Assembly: GCA_965261585.1 (NCBI GenBank) | Contig: CBDHDN010000041.1 | Location: 1,669 to 65,668 of the forward strand | Origin: Alphaproteobacteria bacterium | Lineage (GTDB): Bacteria; Pseudomonadota; Alphaproteobacteria; UBA6615 | Length of the DNA stretch: 64,000 bases | Direction of reading: 5' to 3' | Part shown: piece after piece, positions 9,697 to 19,794 of the stretch | Layout: the number at the start of each line of letters is the position of its first letter | Position numbering within the stretch: the first letter of the stretch is position 1 | The notes under the pieces: generated by a model | The model's database searches: none | What the model was told of the DNA's origin: nothing | What the model saw: the letters and a program-made list of their open reading frames with translations, nothing else | Program-made: the position numbers and the translations under genes

Positions 9697-10839
9697 CTAG
9701 AGCAGCAGCGTCAAGACGCCTGTATAGCTGTAAAGCCGGTCGTGGGAAATCTTCACCACTGCCGAAAAAGCCGGACCAGCGGCAGGTCGCCCAGGGCCTC
9801 GCGAATGATTGCGCAGCTCGACCGAGCCCGGGCCGAACTGGTTGGGCCCGCGGGCGACGCAGCTGTGATAGACGGCCGCGCTCGCCGCCTCGCCGGCGCG
9901 CCGGGCGACGCGCGTCACCATCTCGCGCAGGTCGGTGATGGCGCTTTCGGGGTCGCGGCGCACGAACATCACCTGGTCGCCGGGCGCGAAGGCGCCGCTG
10001 ATCGCAAGCCACCCCTTGGCCGGATCGATGCCGATCAGGTTGCGCACGAGGTAGTCGCCGGTGTCGCTGCCGGCGACCGGCACGGCGGCGTGCACATAGC
10101 CGCCGAGGCACGACAGGTCGCGCGCCAGGACCTCGCCGATGTCCTGCTTCAGTACATCCAGCGCCGGCCGCTCGTCGAGGCTGGTGATGACGTGCTCGGC
10201 CGCCTTGGTAACTCGATGGGGCGGGCCAAGCGGCGAGCAGCCCTGGGTCAGGCCCGCGGCCACGGTGAAGTCCGCGGCGAACAGTACGCCCGAGACGCCG
10301 CCGCCGGTGACCCCATCGGCGATCTGACCACCGCCGTCGGGGCCGCCACTCGTGAGTCCGCCAACGAAGAAGCAGCCGGTTGCCTGGGCCAGTGCCGGCA
10401 CGATGGACACGACCCTGGCGTTAGCCGGGTCACCATGGACGATGCCGAAGCGTGGCGCGCGTGCCGCCAACCAGTCGCCGATGGCGTCGACCGTGTCGTC
10501 CGGGGCGTCGACGACGGTGGGCAAAATGCGGAAGTCGTCGGCCGGCAGGTCGGCGATCAGCACACTGAGCGCCGGCTCGCCGAATGCTTCGATGCCGGTG
10601 GCGCAGACGCCGCCGCCGACGGCACCGGCCCAGTGGGGCACGCCCGTCGAATCGCGCAGGAACGTAAGGATGCTGGGCAGGTCGTCCGCCAGCTCCGCCG
10701 TCGCGTAGAGCAGGCCGAGCGTGCCGCCGCCGTTGCGCCCACCCAGATCATCGAGGCAGCTATTGGTCAGCTGGGACCAATCTCCAGCGGCCCCGGCGGC
10801 GGCCCCAGCAGCGGCAAAGGCGTGGCGATAGCGCGTCAT
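9697..10839 (-). CDS. FIST N/C-domain signal-transduction protein
   Basis: 380-aa ORF with FIST-like layout and C-terminal '...ISHDRLYSYTGVLTLLL'. A local anomaly at 9745-9815 is described in findings. Its start overlaps the tesA-like stop by 4 bp. Confidence 0.7.
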   Translation of the reverse strand: MTRYRHAFAAAGAAAGAAGDWSQLTNSCLDDLGGRNGGGTLGLLYATAELADDLPSILTFLRDSTGVPHWAGAVGGGVCATGIEAFGEPALSVLIADLPADDFRILPTVVDAPDDTVDAIGDWLAARAPRFGIVHGDPANARVVSIVPALAQATGCFFVGGLTSGGPDGGGQIADGVTGGGVSGVLFAADFTVAAGLTQGCSPLGPPHRVTKAAEHVITSLDERPALDVLKQDIGEVLARDLSCLGGYVHAAVPVAGSDTGDYLVRNLIGIDPAKGWLAISGAFAPGDQVMFVRRDPESAITDLREMVTRVARRAGEAASAAVYHSCVARGPNQFGPGSVELRNHSRGPGRPAAGPAFSAVVKISHDRLYSYTGVLTLLL

Positions 10840-11618
10840 GGACCTGCATCATCATCGGCAAGGGCGCGGACGACGTAGGGTGTTATGCCCTCGACGATAA
10901 CACGCACGCCACGTGGATTGGGGTGGATGCCGTCGGCCTGGTTGAGCGCCGGCCGGGCCGCCACGCCGGCGAGGAAGAACGGATAGAAGACGACGCCATG
11001 GGCCTCGGCCAGGGCCGGGAACGCGTCCTTGAATTCGGCGCCGTACTGCGGCCCCAGGTTCGGCGGCGCGAACATGCCCGTCAACAGCGCCTTGATGCCG
11101 CGCGCGGCCAGCCGGCCGAGGATGTCGTCGAGGTTCGCCTTGGTCGCCCGCGGGTCGAGGCCGCGCAACCCGTCGTTGGCGCCGAGCTCGACGATCACCA
11201 GGTCGGGCACCAGGCCGGGCGCGTCGGGCAGCACCCAGTCGAGGCGGGCGCGGCCGCCCGCGGTCGTGTCGCCGGACACGCCGGCGTTGATCACCCGCGC
11301 GGCGATGCCAGAGGTCGCCAGCGCCGCCTCGAGCTGGTGCGGAAAGGCGTCCGCCTCGGCCACGCCGAAGCCCGCCGTCAGGCTATCGCCGAGGGCGACG
11401 ATGACGACCGGCTCCGCGGCCGCCGCGGGCGTCGTCGCCGGCGCCGCCGCCAGGGCGACGAGGCCGAGCAGCAGCACCGCCACGGCCGCCAAACCATTGA
11501 ACGCCGCCCCATTGTCGCCATATGCCCTGGTTGGCGTCGTGTCGCGGCGACGCCGCCAGGGAGGGAGGCTCGGCCGGGGCCGCATGAATTCCGATCGGAC
11601 GAACATCGCCGAGCCCAT
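10836..11618 (-). CDS. SGNH/GDSL arylesterase (TesA-like)
   Basis: 'VALGDSLTAG' block I, 'GVSGDTT' and 'ELGANDGLRG' blocks, and 'DGIHPN' block V. Divergent from the ybbA/ybbP-like pair. The start could instead be at 11585. Confidence 0.8.
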   Translation of the reverse strand: MGSAMFVRSEFMRPRPSLPPWRRRRDTTPTRAYGDNGAAFNGLAAVAVLLLGLVALAAAPATTPAAAAEPVVIVALGDSLTAGFGVAEADAFPHQLEAALATSGIAARVINAGVSGDTTAGGRARLDWVLPDAPGLVPDLVIVELGANDGLRGLDPRATKANLDDILGRLAARGIKALLTGMFAPPNLGPQYGAEFKDAFPALAEAHGVVFYPFFLAGVAARPALNQADGIHPNPRGVRVIVEGITPYVVRALADDDAGP

Positions 11619-12327
11619 CGTGCTGTTGCAGGACGTGCACCTTCATTTGGCCAGTGCCGGCGGCGAGGTCAACATTCTGCGCGGGCTTGACCTGACGGTC
11701 GGCAGCGGCGAGACGGTCGGCGTCGTCGGCCCGTCGGGTTCCGGCAAGTCGACCATGATGATGGTGATCGCCGGCCTGGAGCGCGCGACCAGCGGCGTCG
11801 TGCGCGTCGCCGGCCGCGACGTCGGCGGGCTCGACGAGGACGCTCTCGCCCTGTTTCGGCGCGAGTCCATCGGCATCGTCTTCCAGGCGTTCCACCTGGT
11901 GCCGGCGATGAACGCGCTGGAGAACGTCGCCGTGCCGCTGGAGTTCGCCGGCCGCAGGGACGCCTTCGACCGCGCGGCCGAGGGCCTGGAAGCGGTCGGC
12001 CTGGGCCACCGGCTGCAGCACTATCCGGCGCAGCTGTCGGGCGGCGAGCAGCAGCGCGTCGCCCTTGCCCGCGCCTTCGTGATGCGGCCGCGGCTGCTGT
12101 TGGCCGACGAGCCGACGGGCAATTTGGACGGCGACACCGGCGCCATCGTCATCGACGTCCTGTTCACGTTGCAGCGACAGCACGGCTCGACGCTCGTGCT
12201 GATCACCCACGACGACGCCGTCGCCGGGCGCTGTGACCGGGTCGTCCGCCTGTCCGACGGCCGCATCGTCAACGGCGCCGTCGACCCCGGCGCGCGCACC
12301 GTCGTGGCGGCCGGGGCCGACCCATGA
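11584..12327 (+). CDS. ABC transporter ATP-binding protein (YbbA/LolD-like)
   Basis: ATG at 11584. Walker A 'GPSGSGKST', signature 'LSGGEQQRVALARA' and Walker B 'LLLADEPTGNLD'. Confidence 0.9.
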   Translation: MNSDRTNIAEPIVLLQDVHLHLASAGGEVNILRGLDLTVGSGETVGVVGPSGSGKSTMMMVIAGLERATSGVVRVAGRDVGGLDEDALALFRRESIGIVFQAFHLVPAMNALENVAVPLEFAGRRDAFDRAAEGLEAVGLGHRLQHYPAQLSGGEQQRVALARAFVMRPRLLLADEPTGNLDGDTGAIVIDVLFTLQRQHGSTLVLITHDDAVAGRCDRVVRLSDGRIVNGAVDPGARTVVAAGADP

Positions 12328-14875
12328 CGGCGGGCGCCACCGGCGACTGGCGCCTGGCGTTCAAACTGGCGCGGCGTGAGCTGCGCGGCGGCATCCGCGG
12401 GTTTCGCATCTTCCTGGCATCGCTGACGCTGGGTGTCGCCGCGATCGCGGCGGTCGGATCCGTCTCGCAGTCGATCCTGAAGGGGCTGGAGGAAGACGCG
12501 CAGGCGATCCTGGGCGGCGACATTGCGCTGCGCCAGATCCACCAGCCGATCACCGACGATCAGCGCGCTTACCTGGCCGCCGCCGGGCCGACCTCGGGCA
12601 TCGCCGACTTGCGCGCGATGGCACGCGTCGGCAGCGACGACGCGGCCCGGCGTAGCCTCGTCGAGCTGCGTGCCGCCGATGCGGCCTATCCGCTGTACGG
12701 CGCGCTGGAGACCGAGCCGACGCTGTCGCGCGAGGCCCTGCTGGGTCAACGCAATGGGCGCTGGGGTGCGGCCGTGGAGCCCAACCTGCTGGAGCGGCTG
12801 GGCATCGCGGTCGGCGACGTCATCCGCGTCGGCGACACCGAGTTGGACGTGCGGGCCATCATCGGCCACGAGCCCGACCGCGTCGGCGGCGCCGCGCGCT
12901 TTTTCGTGCTGGGGCCGCGCGTGCTGATCAGCGACTCCGCGCTGCCGGACACCGGGCTCATCCAACCGGGCAGCCTGATCTACTACCACTACCGCGTACG
13001 GCTGCCGGCGGACGTCGAACCGGGCGCCTGGGCCCGCGACCTCGTGGCCGCGTTTCCGGCGGCGGCGTGGCGGGTGCGCACGCTGGACGACGCCGCGCCG
13101 CGGCTGCAGCGCATGGTCGAGCGCACGACGCTATTCATGACCCTGGTCGGGCTGACGGCGCTGCTCGTCGGCGGCGTCGGCGTCGCCAACGCGGTGCGCG
13201 CCTACCTGGACGGCAAGGCCGGCGTCATCGCCACGCTGAAATGCCTGGGCGCACCGTCGCGGCTGATTTTCAAGATCTATCTGCTGCAGATCTTGATGTT
13301 GGCGCTCGTCGGCATCGCTGCCGGCGTCGCGCTCGGCGCGCTCGCGCCGCTGGCGTTTGCCGGCGCGGTCGCCAGCGTGCTGCCGATCGCGGCGCGGATC
13401 GGCGTGTTTCCCGCACCCTTGGCGCTGGCCGCCCTGTTCGGTTTGCTGACGGCGCTGGTATTCTCGATCTGGCCGGTGGCGCGGGCCGGCCAGATCCCCG
13501 CGGCGAGCCTGTTCCGCAACCTGGTCGCGCCGGCCGCGGCGTGGCCGCCGCGGCGCTATATCGCGGCGACGATCATCGTCGGCGGCGTGCTGGCGGGGCT
13601 GGCCGTGGCGACGTCGTTGGACCGCTTCCTGGCCCTGTAGTTCGTCATCGCCGCGGGTATCGCGCTCGGCGCGTTCCGCCTGTTCGGCGCCGGCGTCATG
13701 GCGTGCGCGCGGCGGGTACACGGCGTGCGCCATCCGGAGCTGCGGCTCGCGCTGGCGAACCTGCACCGGCCCGGCGCGCCGACCGCGGGCGTCGTCCTGT
13801 CGCTCGGCCTCGGCCTCACGGTCCTGGTGACGGTCGCGCTGATCGAGGGCAATCTGCGCCGCCAGTTCATCGAGGACCTGCCGGAAGACGCGCCGGCGTT
13901 CTTTTTCATCGACATCCAGGCCGCCAGATCGACGGCTTCCAGACGATCGCCGCAGCGACGCCGGGCATCGAGCGGGTCGTGGCGGTGCCGATGCTGCGCG
14001 GCCGCATCACCGCGATCAACGGACAGCCGGCGCGCGAGGCCGACGTGGCGCCGGAGTCGCGCTGGGTGCTGCGCGGCGACCGCGGCGTCACCTGGTCGGC
14101 AGCGCCGCCGCAGAGCAGCACGGTTGTCGACGGCACATGGTGGCCGGCCGACTACGGCGGCGCGCCGCGGATCAGCTTCGATGCCGAGACGGCGCGCGGC
14201 TTCGGCGTCGGTCTCGGCGATACCCTGACCGTCAACGTGCTGGGCCGCGAGATCGAGGGCACGATCGCAAATTTGCGCGACATCGACTGGCAGACCCTGG
14301 GCATCAACTTCGTCATGATCTTTTCGCCCGGCACCCTGGAAGGTGCGCCGCGTACCCATATCGCCACGGTCTATGGCGCGCCCGAGGCCGAGGGCCCGCT
14401 GGAGCGCGACGTGACGAACGCGTTCGCCAACGTGAGCGCGATCCGCGTGCGCGATACCCTGGAGACGATCAACACGATCATCGAGGATATCGGCGCGGCG
14501 GTGCGGCTCACCGCGTCGCTGACCGTGGTCGCCGGCACCCTCGTGCTGGCCGGCGCCATCGCGGCCGGCCACCGGCGGCGCGTCTATGACGCGGTCGTGC
14601 TGAAGGTCCTCGGCGCGACGCGACGCAACATGCTGACGGCGTTCGTCCTGGAGTATGGCCTGTTGGGCCTGGCGACGGCACTGATCGCCGCGGTGCTGGG
14701 CTCGCTCGCCGCCTGGGCAGTCCTCCGCTGGATCATGGAAGTGGACTGGACGTTCATTCCCGATGCGGTGATCATCGCGACCCTCGGCAGTCTGTCGGTG
14801 ACACTCGCCTTCGGTTTCGCCGGAACTTGGCGCGCGCTGGGGCAGAAGGCCGCGCCGCTGCTGCGCAACGAGTAG
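12324..14875 (+). pseudogene. YbbP-like FtsX-domain ABC permease with an in-frame stop and a frameshift
   Basis: Sense continues through three ORF pieces: 12324..13640, 13698..~13919 and ~13922..14875. TAG at 13638-13640 lies within '...LDRFLAL*FVIAAGIALG'. The frame changes after 'FFFIDIQ' near 13920. Confidence 0.7.
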
Positions 14876-14923
14876 CGGCGGTGGCGGTGCCCGGGCACCG
14901 CTGAGTAAGTTGAGCAGGGGAGA

Positions 14924-15655
14924 TTGAACGTGCCGGGCATCGCGGCGGCAACGCGCAACAACACCGTCGGCCACCTGGCCGGCGGCGGCGCGCTCGTCGT
15001 GTTGCTGGGCCTCGGCGTCGGCTACGATCTGCCGGCGGTGGCCGTCAGCGCGGCCTGCTATGCCGTTCTCGTGGCGTTGCTGTTGACCGGGCCGCACCGG
15101 CCGCCGACCGATCGCTTCGGGATTGCCAACCAGGCGACGCTGGCGCGCGCGATCCTTGTCTGCGCGATCGGCGGCGTGGTGGCGCTGGGGCCGACCGGTG
15201 CTGCCCAGGCGTGGGCCGTTGCGGCCGTCGCCCTGGCCGCGGCGGCGCTGGACGGGGTCGACGGCTGGCTGGCGCGGCGCTACGGGGCGTCCGCGTTCGG
15301 CGCGCGCTTCGATATGGAGACCGATGCGCTGTTCGTGCTGATCCTTGCCCTGCTGGTCTGGCAGTTCGGCAAGACCGGCGCATGGGTCCTGGCCGCCGGC
15401 GCGATGCGCTATGCCTTCGGCGCCGCCGGCCTGCTCTGGCCGGCACTGCGGCGGCCGCTGCCGGCGAGCCGACGGCGGCAGGCGATATGTGTGATCCAGA
15501 CGCTGGCGTTGGTCGTCTGCCTGGCGCCGGCGGTCGCGCCGGGCGTGGCGGCGCCGATCGCCGGCGTGGCGCTGGCGGCGCTGGCCGGCTCGTTCCTAAC
15601 CGATATCCTGCGCCAGCTGAGCGCGGCCCGTCTGGAGGTGAAGTATGAGAGTTGA
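14924..15655 (+). CDS. CDP-alcohol phosphatidyltransferase family protein
   Basis: Motif 'DGVDGWLARRYGASAFGARFDMETDAL' matches D-x2-DG-x2-AR...G-x3-D-x3-D. Multiple TM segments. TTG at 14924 or GTG at 14930 after GGGGAG. Confidence 0.8.
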   Translation: MNVPGIAAATRNNTVGHLAGGGALVVLLGLGVGYDLPAVAVSAACYAVLVALLLTGPHRPPTDRFGIANQATLARAILVCAIGGVVALGPTGAAQAWAVAAVALAAAALDGVDGWLARRYGASAFGARFDMETDALFVLILALLVWQFGKTGAWVLAAGAMRYAFGAAGLLWPALRRPLPASRRRQAICVIQTLALVVCLAPAVAPGVAAPIAGVALAALAGSFLTDILRQLSAARLEVKYES

Positions 15656-16244
15656 GGCGTTGGTTCGCCACGGTCTGATCGCAGCCCTGGTGATGACAAG
15701 CTTGGCCGCCGCGCCGGCACAGGCCGAACCGGAGGCCTATGAGATCGACCCCGAGCATTTTTCGGTCGCGTTCATGGTCAGCCATCTGGGCTTCCAGAAC
15801 CAGATCGGCATGTTCCTCAAGGCATCGGGCTCGTTCACGTTCGTCGAGGCGGCGCAGGCGGTCAGCGACCTGCGGATCGAGATCAATTCCGGCAGTGTTT
15901 TCACCAACCACAAGCGTCGCGACCGGCACCTGCGCAGCCCGGATTTCCTCAATGCCCGGGAGTTTCCGAAAATTGTTTTCGTCGGCACCAGCGCCGAGAA
16001 GCTGACCGACACGACCGGCCGGATCCACGGCGAGCTCGAGCTGTTGGGCCAGAAACGGCCGATCACGGTCGATATCGAGCTCAACCAGGTCGCGGTCTAC
16101 CCGTTCGGCCACAAGAAGAAGACGATCGGCATGTCGGCACGGACCAGCTTTCGCCGCAGCGAGTTCGCCATGACCTACGGCACCGACGCGCTGGTCGGCG
16201 ACGAGGTCCAGCTGATGTTCGAGTTCGAGGCGCTGAAACAGTGA
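15645..16244 (+). CDS. YceI-family periplasmic protein
   Basis: Signal peptide ...AAAPAQA. YceI-like 'YEIDPEHFSVAFMVSHLGFQNQIGMF...' and 'HLRSPDFLNAREFPKIVF'. RBS GGAGGTG. Confidence 0.85.
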   Translation: MRVEALVRHGLIAALVMTSLAAAPAQAEPEAYEIDPEHFSVAFMVSHLGFQNQIGMFLKASGSFTFVEAAQAVSDLRIEINSGSVFTNHKRRDRHLRSPDFLNAREFPKIVFVGTSAEKLTDTTGRIHGELELLGQKRPITVDIELNQVAVYPFGHKKKTIGMSARTSFRRSEFAMTYGTDALVGDEVQLMFEFEALKQ

Positions 16245-17548
16245 TCCATGAGCCGCCAGCCCGCCCCTAAAACGTGCGTGAACGGCCCGCTGCAGCCGGC
16301 CCTATTGTGTCGAGAACATTCTGAGTTGACCGGTTTATGTACCATATGAGTTGACCGCTTCTGTTGCGGTTTCTGGCCCTGTGGGGAAGTGGTCGGTCGC
16401 GGAGCGGCTGTCCACTTGTCCACAGGGCGCCGGTCGGTCGCGTCGAAGCGGGTCACGCGGCCTCGCGGGTTTGGCTGTCGATCGGTTGGCCATCGGCGTG
16501 GTATCGCGCCAGACATCGCGGTCCATGGAAGACGGCCATTGTGCCGTCGGGGTATTCGTGGACGCGGACCCTGGCCTTGACGTAATGGCGGCGGTGGCGG
16601 CCGGCGGGGATCTGAAGTGCCAGGCGCTTGTAGCGCACCGTGTTGTCGTTTGAGACGGTGCGTTCCTCGTGGATGCACAGGATGTCGTCGAGCGCGCCGG
16701 TGAAGGGGACGAAGGCGGTGCCCTGGTCCTCGGCCGGGGTCGCGAAGCGGGCGTTGTGTTGTGGCAGGAAGACCTCCTTGAGGAAGCGGTTGGCCTCGAC
16801 CATGTCGGTGATGCCGGCGAGCCTGAGTTCCTGGGGCAGGCGCTTCTGCAAGGTGCCGAACATGCGCTCCGAGCGCCCCCTTGCCTCGGGCGAGTAGGCC
16901 GGGATCAACTCGATGCCGAGCTGCGCCAGGGCGCGGCCGACCTGGGTCGGGGTGTCCTTGTCCACCTTGCCGCCGGCCTCGGGCGTGTTCCAGTAGTGGC
17001 TGGCGCGGTCGGCGTAGAGCGAGCAGAACAGGCCCTTGGCCCGGATCGCCTCGGACACCCCCTGGAAGCTCGACATGGTGCCCTCTTCGGCGACGAAGAA
17101 GGCCGAGTAGATATCGCTGGTCGCATCGTCCATGGTGACGATCAGGTCCCACCCTCGACCGGGGACCCACTCGTGGCTCGAGCCGTCCTGGTGCAACATC
17201 ATGCCGGGCAGGGCACGGCGCGGCCGCTTGCGCCGGTGCGCCCCACGCCTGGGCGCCGCGCGCTGCGCCCATGGGCTTGCAAGCTCAGCCGCAGCCAGTT
17301 GTAGCTGCGCTTGAAGCCGTGATCGGCCACCAGCTTCTCGTGGAAGTGCTTGGCCGTGAAGTCCCAGTAGCGGGTGTCGAACAACTCCAGCACCCGCGCC
17401 ACCTCGTCCACCGGCGCGCGCCGCGCCGAGAGGCGGCCCAGGCGGCGGTCGTAGAGACCGTCGGCTCCCTCCGCCTCGTAGCGGTCGCGCCAGCGCCGGA
17501 AGGTGCGCTCCGAGACACCCAGAACCTCCGCCGCCTCCGCCTGGCTCA

Positions 17549-19531
17549 GTAGAGTCGGGGGCTGGCGCGCCAGCTTTAAGGGTCCGGTGGCGGTTCCGTC
17601 GCTTTCGCTCCGGGCCTCAGTCCGGCTCCCGTGGCCACGTTTCCAGTCCCCCGCTCATCAAACCGGACGTGCGGATCTCTCGCATCCGGCTTTCGGACGA
17701 GATCATACCTTCGCACTCGGAAGGCCTATCGTCTGCCGCGTGAGACGCGTGAGGCCATATTCATCGTATAGCCGGGCGTCCGGGAAATGCACGAATTTCC
17801 CGAACCGCGTCTTGTGCTTTCGACAGAGCCACTGACGGAGCCGCCTGACCGCGTGTTGGTTGACCGCGCTATAAGCTGGGCTGACCTGACCAAGACAGAA
17901 GTAGTTCGCCCACCCGACGATGGTCCGGTTCAGGCGTTCCACCACCATTTCCGACGGCAGCAGCTGGTAGCGTGGCGTGGTGATATCGCTGATCGTGCGG
18001 CAAATGCTCTGGACGCTCGCTTTGCTGGGTCGGGTTCCAGTGTAGGTCCCCTCCCCGGTCGGGCGGTAGTTGCGTCCGATGCGGTAGCCCAGAAACTCCA
18101 ATGGCCCCTCCGGGCACCGCAAGCATCGGGTCTTCCGTTCGTTGACCGGCAGCTTCAGACCCTCCATGAGCCGCTCGACCGCCGTCAGCATTTCCGCCGC
18201 CGGGGCCTTGCCGAGCACGCAAAGGTCGTCCGCGTAGTTCACGATTTCCGAACGGAAGCGCCGGGCATAGCCCAGCACCTTCCAACCCAGTATGAAGCGC
18301 CGCATATAGAGGTTGCTGAGCAGCGGCGAGATCGGCGCCCCTTGCGGGGTTCCTTTCCGCTCCCTGCGCGCCCGGTTCGTGCGGCTGGTGCCGCCCTTGC
18401 CGTCGTCCTCCTCCACCGGCATCTCCAGCCACGCCTTGATGAGTCCGAGCATCCGCCCGTCGCTGATGCGCCGGGCGAGGCTTTTCATCAATTCGGCGTG
18501 CGGAATTTCGCCGAAGTAGTTGGACAAATCGCAATCAACCACCTCGTTGTGCCCCCTGTACAGGAGACGATGAACGCGTTGTACCGCGTCGAGGGCGCTC
18601 CGCTCCGGCCTGTAGGCGTACTGCTCCGGTTGCAACTCGGCTTCGAACATCGGTGTCAGCACGAGCATGGCCGATGTCTGCGCCACTCGGTCCCGTATGC
18701 AGGGAATGCCCAATGGCCGGAACTTGCCGGGCTGTTTCTTCGGGATCAGAACCTGTCGCACCGGCTTCGGTGTGTAGGTGGCATCCCTCAGTTCCCGCGC
18801 CAGTTCCCCGAGCCAGCGGTCCACGCCGTACGCCTTGATGTCCGCGAAGTTCTCTCCGTCCACCCCGGCAGCGCCGCCATTGCGGCGAACCTGCCTCCAG
18901 GCTTCCATCAAGAAGTCCTCGCGCCACACCTTGTCAATCAGCGAATGGAACCGCCGTCCGGGTTCTTCCTTAGCTTTCGCATGTAACACGGTCTGGAATT
19001 TCCGAACCTTTTCTGACCCTGTTAGGCTCTCGCCAGTGGTCACGTCTTGCTTCCTTTCCGTATTGCTCTCGAACCAGGGCTCCTTTCCTCCGCCGGCATT
19101 ACCCGGCCTCCGCGGTACTACGAGCCCATCCGCCACCCTGCCGGCCCGGCCTGCCCCTCACGGGGTTCCGGTTGGTGAGTGCACACCACCGACAGGGCTT
19201 CCCGTGTTGCTCCCATCCTCCTGCTCCATGCGTGCAGCCACCATTACCCCGGCGGAGCCGGCCGGTGCGCGTGTCGTTCTCTTCCCGGCCGGTGGCAGCC
19301 TTCCCCGAGTAGCTGACGGGTCGGCTTCCGCATTCCAAGTTTCGAGGCCTGCTCGGTGTTCACTCGCGTTGCGGCCCGCATGGTCGCTGAACCGCCCAGG
19401 GCGGTCCGTTTCTCGGAGTGCTTCAAACGATGTCGTTACCTCCATCATTCGCTCTGATTGCTACCGGCTGGAACGACAGTTGCCGGGCGGGATTTTCACC
19501 CGCTGAAGGATGGTGCCTTTCCACGGCACAC
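17549..19531 (-). mobile_element. group II intron 1
   Basis: Exact boundaries come from filled-versus-empty site comparison with IS copy 2. 5' end is GTGTG. Domain V-like 'AGCCGGATGCGAGAGATCCGCACGTCCGGTT' is at about 17660-17692. 3' end is ...CTAC. Confidence 0.85.
17703..19136 (-). CDS. group II intron reverse transcriptase/maturase
   Basis: 477 aa. RT blocks include 'RPLGIPCIRDRVAQ' and 'YADDLCVL'. Maturase X-like 'IVGWANYF'. Confidence 0.9.
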   Translation of the reverse strand: MADGLVVPRRPGNAGGGKEPWFESNTERKQDVTTGESLTGSEKVRKFQTVLHAKAKEEPGRRFHSLIDKVWREDFLMEAWRQVRRNGGAAGVDGENFADIKAYGVDRWLGELARELRDATYTPKPVRQVLIPKKQPGKFRPLGIPCIRDRVAQTSAMLVLTPMFEAELQPEQYAYRPERSALDAVQRVHRLLYRGHNEVVDCDLSNYFGEIPHAELMKSLARRISDGRMLGLIKAWLEMPVEEDDGKGGTSRTNRARRERKGTPQGAPISPLLSNLYMRRFILGWKVLGYARRFRSEIVNYADDLCVLGKAPAAEMLTAVERLMEGLKLPVNERKTRCLRCPEGPLEFLGYRIGRNYRPTGEGTYTGTRPSKASVQSICRTISDITTPRYQLLPSEMVVERLNRTIVGWANYFCLGQVSPAYSAVNQHAVRRLRQWLCRKHKTRFGKFVHFPDARLYDEYGLTRLTRQTIGLPSAKV

Positions 19532-19794
19532 AGCCACCCCGATGGGTGCGCCCGTAAACCTCCTCGAACTTCATCAATCTCAGTCCCTGTACCTGCTCCG
19601 TCCGACGCATCGCCTCCCTCCATGGCTTGGAGGCGTTCTAAAACCGGACAGATCATCTGGTACATAAACCGGACATATCGCGTGTTACCGACACCGGGCC
19701 GCCACCTCTGTTGTCGGCAGGGATGATCCATGCTAGCCAGACAGCCCCGCCTGTCGGCCATCGCCGTCTTCACTACGAACGAGGAGCCCCGACA

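Larger units (their letters stand above)
16453..19610 (-). pseudogene. ISNCY-like DDE (rve-type) transposase gene, intron-interrupted and frameshifted
   Basis: Exon 1 is 19532..19610 (MRRTEQVQGLRLMKFEEVYGRTHRGGL). Exon 2 starts at 17548. A G is missing relative to copy 2 near 17258-17266, which splits ORFs 17199..17411 and 16453..17202. Confidence 0.8.
16312..19694 (-). mobile_element. ISNCY-like insertion sequence, copy 1 (about 1.4 kb IS carrying a 1983-bp group II intron)
   Basis: Ends were defined by alignment with copy 2 (42833..44239). Both ends share the subterminal 'CCGGTTTATGTACCA'. No target duplication was seen. Confidence 0.8.
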
